DNA from: an uncultured virus (IMG/VR IMGVR_UViG_3300020442_002637)
Taxonomy: Duplodnaviria > Heunggongvirae > Uroviricota > Caudoviricetes
Strand: one strand, 5' to 3'
IMG/VR virus record: IMGVR_UViG_3300020442_002637
Length of the DNA stretch: 64,000 nucleotides
Shown here: positions 60,312-64,000 of the stretch, one piece after another
Layout: every line of letters begins with the position of its first letter
Position numbering within the stretch: the first letter of the stretch is position 1
Position numbers and translations under genes: made by a program
Notes under the pieces: generated by a model
The model's input: only the letters and a program-made list of their open reading frames with translations
What the model was told of the DNA's origin: nothing
The model's database searches: none

Positions 60312-60340
60312 TTGACAAATGAACAAATTGGTGCTATACT
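60312..60340 (+). promoter_or_regulatory. sigma70-type promoter with extended -10, probably leaderless
   Basis: TTGACA (60312-60317), 17 nt spacer ending TGC, TATACT (60335-60340); ATG at 60347. Confidence 0.85.
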
Positions 60341-60346
60341 AGAGAC

Positions 60347-61459
60347 ATGATTGAAGACTTAAAATGGAGTAACTATGACTTTTCTAAAATTCCTTTTGAC
60401 GACATTGTACAAGTCGGACAGAGGACGCTTTTATACAGAGACTTGTTTACTGTTAGTTGGCTTCTTGGTCGCTTTTGCAACTATCGTTGTAGTTATTGTT
60501 GGCCATACGCCAGATCAGATAAGAAAGATCACAGGCCAACAGAGCTCTGTCTTTATACAATCGATGAGGTAAAGAGACAAGCTCGTGATAATGGTTTTAA
60601 CAGTTTTCATTTTAGCTTATCTGGGGGTGAGCCTACTTTCCATCCAGGATACTTGGACATCCTTAGGCATCTGGCTTCTGATGTCCACAATACTAATTAT
60701 ACTAGTATCCACATGACATCTAATTGTTCAAGACCTGTAAAATGGTTTGAACAATATGTTGAATATGCAAAACCTTTTCATAGAGCAAGTATTACTGCAA
60801 GTTTACATACTGAACATGTTAACACAAAAGAAAAAATGCAGGACTTTGCTAACAAATTAATATTATGTCAAGAACATGATGTGCAAGTAACAATTAACAT
60901 GGTTATGGTACCAGATTGGTTTGAGAGAGATTGGGAAAACGCTTTATTTTTTCACGAACAAGGAATTAACGTCACTCTTAAACCGCAGTCCGATCCTACC
61001 GCGTCTAGAGTAGTTGATGGATATACTGATGAACAAATGAAACGCTTGTGGAACGGCATGCCACAGCGTAGTTATACAGAAAGTAAACGCAAATGGGAAG
61101 GCAGACCTAAGCCTAGTTTTGAAATACCTGACTACACTATAGGTAGGAATGATGCTAGTGTGCCTTGGCACATGCAGGTAGAACTTACAGACTCTAAAGG
61201 TAAAAAGTGGTATATGGACCAAGCAGAACGCTTTAATGCCTTTAATTTCAACAATTTCGAAGGATGGGAATGTAACGCCGGTTTTAGCGGAATAATAATA
61301 CGGGAGCCTGATGGTTCGGTAAAAAGGAGCTATTCATGCCATGATGCACCTCTTGGCAACATTGAAACAGGTTTTACCTTGTTTAAAGAGCCAAAAGCCT
61401 GTATTACAAAAAGTTGTGTAAGTTCAGCTGATAGTAAGATACCAAAAGTAAAGCGATAA
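60347..61459 (+). CDS. Radical SAM protein (subfamily C)
   Basis: WLLGRFCNYRCSYC, SGGEPT, MTSN, C-terminal WECNAG...SC...CITKSC. Confidence 0.92.
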   Translation: MIEDLKWSNYDFSKIPFDDIVQVGQRTLLYRDLFTVSWLLGRFCNYRCSYCWPYARSDKKDHRPTELCLYTIDEVKRQARDNGFNSFHFSLSGGEPTFHPGYLDILRHLASDVHNTNYTSIHMTSNCSRPVKWFEQYVEYAKPFHRASITASLHTEHVNTKEKMQDFANKLILCQEHDVQVTINMVMVPDWFERDWENALFFHEQGINVTLKPQSDPTASRVVDGYTDEQMKRLWNGMPQRSYTESKRKWEGRPKPSFEIPDYTIGRNDASVPWHMQVELTDSKGKKWYMDQAERFNAFNFNNFEGWECNAGFSGIIIREPDGSVKRSYSCHDAPLGNIETGFTLFKEPKACITKSCVSSADSKIPKVKR

Positions 61460-61462
61460 ATA
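61455..61462 (+). promoter_or_regulatory. Late promoter motif GATAAATA
   Basis: CGATAAATA, identical to the motifs before gp6 and fibre 3; followed by an AGGAGGT RBS. Confidence 0.7.
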
Positions 61463-61484
61463 CTATTATAATAGGAGGTGACAT

Positions 61485-62138
61485 ATGGAACATACCGAAA
61501 TTAAAAAAGCAGTTATTAGAAGTCAACATTGTCAACGCAATTGGGATCTTGACAAAGAAATACCACAAGAGGATTTAGATTTAATTATACACGCAGCGAC
61601 ACAATGTCCTAGCAAACAAAATGTTGCTTTTTATAAAGTACATTTTATAACAAATAGAGATATGATAGAAGCTGTTCATGATCAGACAGAAGGATTTTCT
61701 GCTAATCACGAAGCTGGAGAGTTTGAAACAAATAGTCAGACATTAGCAAATTTATTGATTGCATTTGAAGAAGAAGACTTTGATCATGCTCGTCAAGAGG
61801 ACAATGCTTCATGGAGAAATGAACAAATCGATGCTTATGATGGTAACAAAATGAAAGCATCGCATAAAAAAGCTCTGACACGTGATACATTCATGGCGAT
61901 TGGTATTGCAGCAGGTTATGTAAATTTAACTTCAAGTATGCTAGGTTATGGAACAGGTTGTTGTGCATGTTTTGATGAATACGCAGTCGCTGAAACAATC
62001 GGAGCAAAAAATCCGATAAAACTTTTAATGGGTGTAGGTTTTAAGAATGCAGGAAAGAACAGACGAGTACATCACAAAACAGATTTTATTTTTCCAACAA
62101 AGACTAAGCAACCTATAACTGTAAATCATATAGGATAA
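61485..62138 (+). CDS. Nitroreductase-family flavoprotein
   Basis: RSQHCQRNWD, AATQCPSKQN, GIAAGYVNLTSSMLGYGTGCC, LLMGVG. Confidence 0.8.
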   Translation: MEHTEIKKAVIRSQHCQRNWDLDKEIPQEDLDLIIHAATQCPSKQNVAFYKVHFITNRDMIEAVHDQTEGFSANHEAGEFETNSQTLANLLIAFEEEDFDHARQEDNASWRNEQIDAYDGNKMKASHKKALTRDTFMAIGIAAGYVNLTSSMLGYGTGCCACFDEYAVAETIGAKNPIKLLMGVGFKNAGKNRRVHHKTDFIFPTKTKQPITVNHIG

Positions 62139-62147
62139 GACAGTTAA

Positions 62148-62804
62148 ATGGTAAATGAAAATACGGTTAATTACTTGACGCTAACTGCGTTCGGAAATCA
62201 TTTTGAGTTAAAACAAACTTTTAATGATAACAGAAAATTTATTCAATGGACAGAAGATAATTTTGAATACGTTAGATATAATCCTAGAAAAAATGTTGAC
62301 CGTTGGGGGTTAAGTATAACCAGCTTGGACGGAGGACTATCTGGTATTCCTGATTTAGATAGTCTTACTGAATATAATTACGAACAAGGTAATTTTAATA
62401 CAGAAAATTTTATTAAAGAAACGGATATAAATGTTCCTACTCCTATCTATGACTATCCTGGAATTAAAGAATTATGTGATGAATGGCAACCATATCTATT
62501 TAGGACACATATTATTAAATTAAATCCTGGAGGATATTTCCCACCACACCGAGATCATACCAATAGTAATTTTGAAAGTTTTAGGCTAATTATGCCGTTG
62601 TTTAATTGTAGTTATCCTAGTGTTACTTTTATTAGCGATGAAAAAATCCTAAATTGGAATGAAGGAAATCTATACTTTTTAGATACAGTCAAGGTACATT
62701 ATTTGTTCAATTGCAGCCCACAACCTAGTTATTGGCTTATAATGAATATCGGTACAAATGAAGAAACAATACAAAAAGTAATATCTAGCGTAGCAATAAC
62801 CTGA
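62148..62804 (+). CDS. 2OG-Fe(II) oxygenase, Asp/Asn beta-hydroxylase-like
   Basis: LNPGGYFPPHRD (HxD), EGNLYFLDTVKVH. Confidence 0.7.
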   Translation: MVNENTVNYLTLTAFGNHFELKQTFNDNRKFIQWTEDNFEYVRYNPRKNVDRWGLSITSLDGGLSGIPDLDSLTEYNYEQGNFNTENFIKETDINVPTPIYDYPGIKELCDEWQPYLFRTHIIKLNPGGYFPPHRDHTNSNFESFRLIMPLFNCSYPSVTFISDEKILNWNEGNLYFLDTVKVHYLFNCSPQPSYWLIMNIGTNEETIQKVISSVAIT

Positions 62805-63622
62805 TGCAATCAAAAATTAAAACATTACTTACAAAAAATCCTTGGGTTCAGTGTCCGATGATACCGCAAGTTCAAGATGTAATAAACAATGTTCAAATTA
62901 CTGATTTTGTTAGAGGTTCTGGTAAAGCACGAAAGCGTTTAGACGAACTAGAATCTAGATATAGATTATGGGTTAAAGATATCATAGATCTTAAAGATTT
63001 TCATTATTGCTATTTTGTTAATGGAGTAACAGATGCTTTAAACCAGTGGATTGCAACAGAAGATAGACCTTGGCAGTTCTTACAAGGAGATTATGAATAC
63101 GCCCATATGATTAGTGGCAAAGGAAATAAGGTATCTTATATAAATTCTTCAGATGTCTTATATGTGTCTAACCCTGCATGTTCGACAGGAAATTTTATAA
63201 ATTTAAAAGATATACCTAATCCAGTGATTTTAGATTGTGCTTATATAGGCAGTACACAAAAAAATAAAATAATGGTGCCTGAAAATACAGAACAGATATG
63301 GTTTAGTTTTTCTAAAGGTTGGGGAATAGTAGGACAAAGATCCGGATTGGTATTTTCTAAATTACCTCATAAAAGTTTAGACATAATGAAAAACGTCGAA
63401 GCTTGGAACTATACAGCAGTAGAAACATCACTTGCAATCGTTGATAATTTTGATATTGATACTACTTATAACATGTACAGAGACAAGCAAATAGAAGTTT
63501 GTAAAAAATATAATTTAGATCCTAGTGATTGTTTTTTTATTGCGAACACCACAAATGATGAATTTAAGGAAAGACGCAGAATAAGTAAAATTGCTAGGTT
63601 AGACATATCTAAATTATTATAA
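62804..63622 (+). CDS. PLP-dependent fold-type I enzyme (aminotransferase/decarboxylase-like)
   Basis: NGVTDAL, SNPACSTG, ILDCAY, SFSKGWG (Schiff-base Lys), GQRSG. Confidence 0.75.
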   Translation: MQSKIKTLLTKNPWVQCPMIPQVQDVINNVQITDFVRGSGKARKRLDELESRYRLWVKDIIDLKDFHYCYFVNGVTDALNQWIATEDRPWQFLQGDYEYAHMISGKGNKVSYINSSDVLYVSNPACSTGNFINLKDIPNPVILDCAYIGSTQKNKIMVPENTEQIWFSFSKGWGIVGQRSGLVFSKLPHKSLDIMKNVEAWNYTAVETSLAIVDNFDIDTTYNMYRDKQIEVCKKYNLDPSDCFFIANTTNDEFKERRRISKIARLDISKLL

Positions 63623-63623
63623 C

Positions 63624-64000
63624 ATGCAAAAAAAAACTAAAATCTTATTAGCCTCGATATCTTTTTCTGCTTACGAATGGCTTCCTTATCCAGTAGGTTG
63701 CTTGATAAGTCACTGTAAGAAAGACGCCAAAATTAATGAGATGTACGAGTTTATGGATCCAGAATATCGGAGCCAAAGTTTAGATAAAGATGATTTTCAT
63801 GAAAACTTAAAACAAGCAGATATGCTCGGACTTACAAATTGGGTGTGGAATCAAAATTACAACGATCGAATTTCAAAATTATATAAAGAATACAGACCTG
63901 ACGGATTAGTAATTTATGGCGGAACAAATGTTCCAGAAGAAAAAGAAGCATCGATAGTTTATGCACAAGAAAGACCTTATGTTGATATTTTCTTTACAGG
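63624..64000 (+). CDS. Cobalamin-binding-domain protein, probably a radical SAM N-terminus (runs off window)
   Basis: Manual translation: MQKKTKILLAS...WLPYPVGCL...GLTNWVWNQNYN...IYGGTNVP...PYVDIFFTG. Confidence 0.7.
   Translation, partial: MQKKTKILLASISFSAYEWLPYPVGCLISHCKKDAKINEMYEFMDPEYRSQSLDKDDFHENLKQADMLGLTNWVWNQNYNDRISKLYKEYRPDGLVIYGGTNVPEEKEASIVYAQERPYVDIFFT

Noticed and set aside
44530..61459. Naming radical SAM genes as moaA, pqqE, nrdG or queE
   Set aside because: Only the generic CxxxCxxC and GGEP motifs are shared; family-specific features and partner genes are missing
63628..63636. A9 homopolymer near a gene start as a phase-variation site
   Set aside because: The frame is intact and such runs are common in this AT-rich sequence

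Overview
AT-rich, gene-dense fragment of a large T4-like myovirus genome in three blocks. (1) 1-5326, minus strand, behind sigma70-type promoters: gp55-like late sigma factor, gp47/gp46 nuclease pair, sufE, hemC and a partial GIY-YIG gene. (2) 5405-37869, plus strand, behind TAAATA late-type motifs: a baseplate/tail module (gp53-, gp5-, PAAR-, gp25- and gp6-like genes, a 5247-aa giant virion protein, three paralogous fibres). (3) 37933-64000 and continuing past the window edge: a ~26 kb tailoring-enzyme island. It holds 11 complete radical SAM genes plus a partial B12-binding gene, 3 QueC-like PP-loop enzymes, 3 2OG-Fe(II)-oxygenase-like proteins, GT-A glycosyltransferases, a methyltransferase-like domain, and SGNH-, kinase-, nitroreductase- and PLP-enzyme-like genes. 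Several transcription units in this island carry the same late-promoter motif as the virion genes. The best candidate for an undescribed system is a phage-encoded, late-expressed pathway that chemically decorates the virion, perhaps with SufE and HemC supplying cofactors. All calls come from reading motifs by eye; no searches were run. No tRNA, rRNA, CRISPR array or IS element was recognised.
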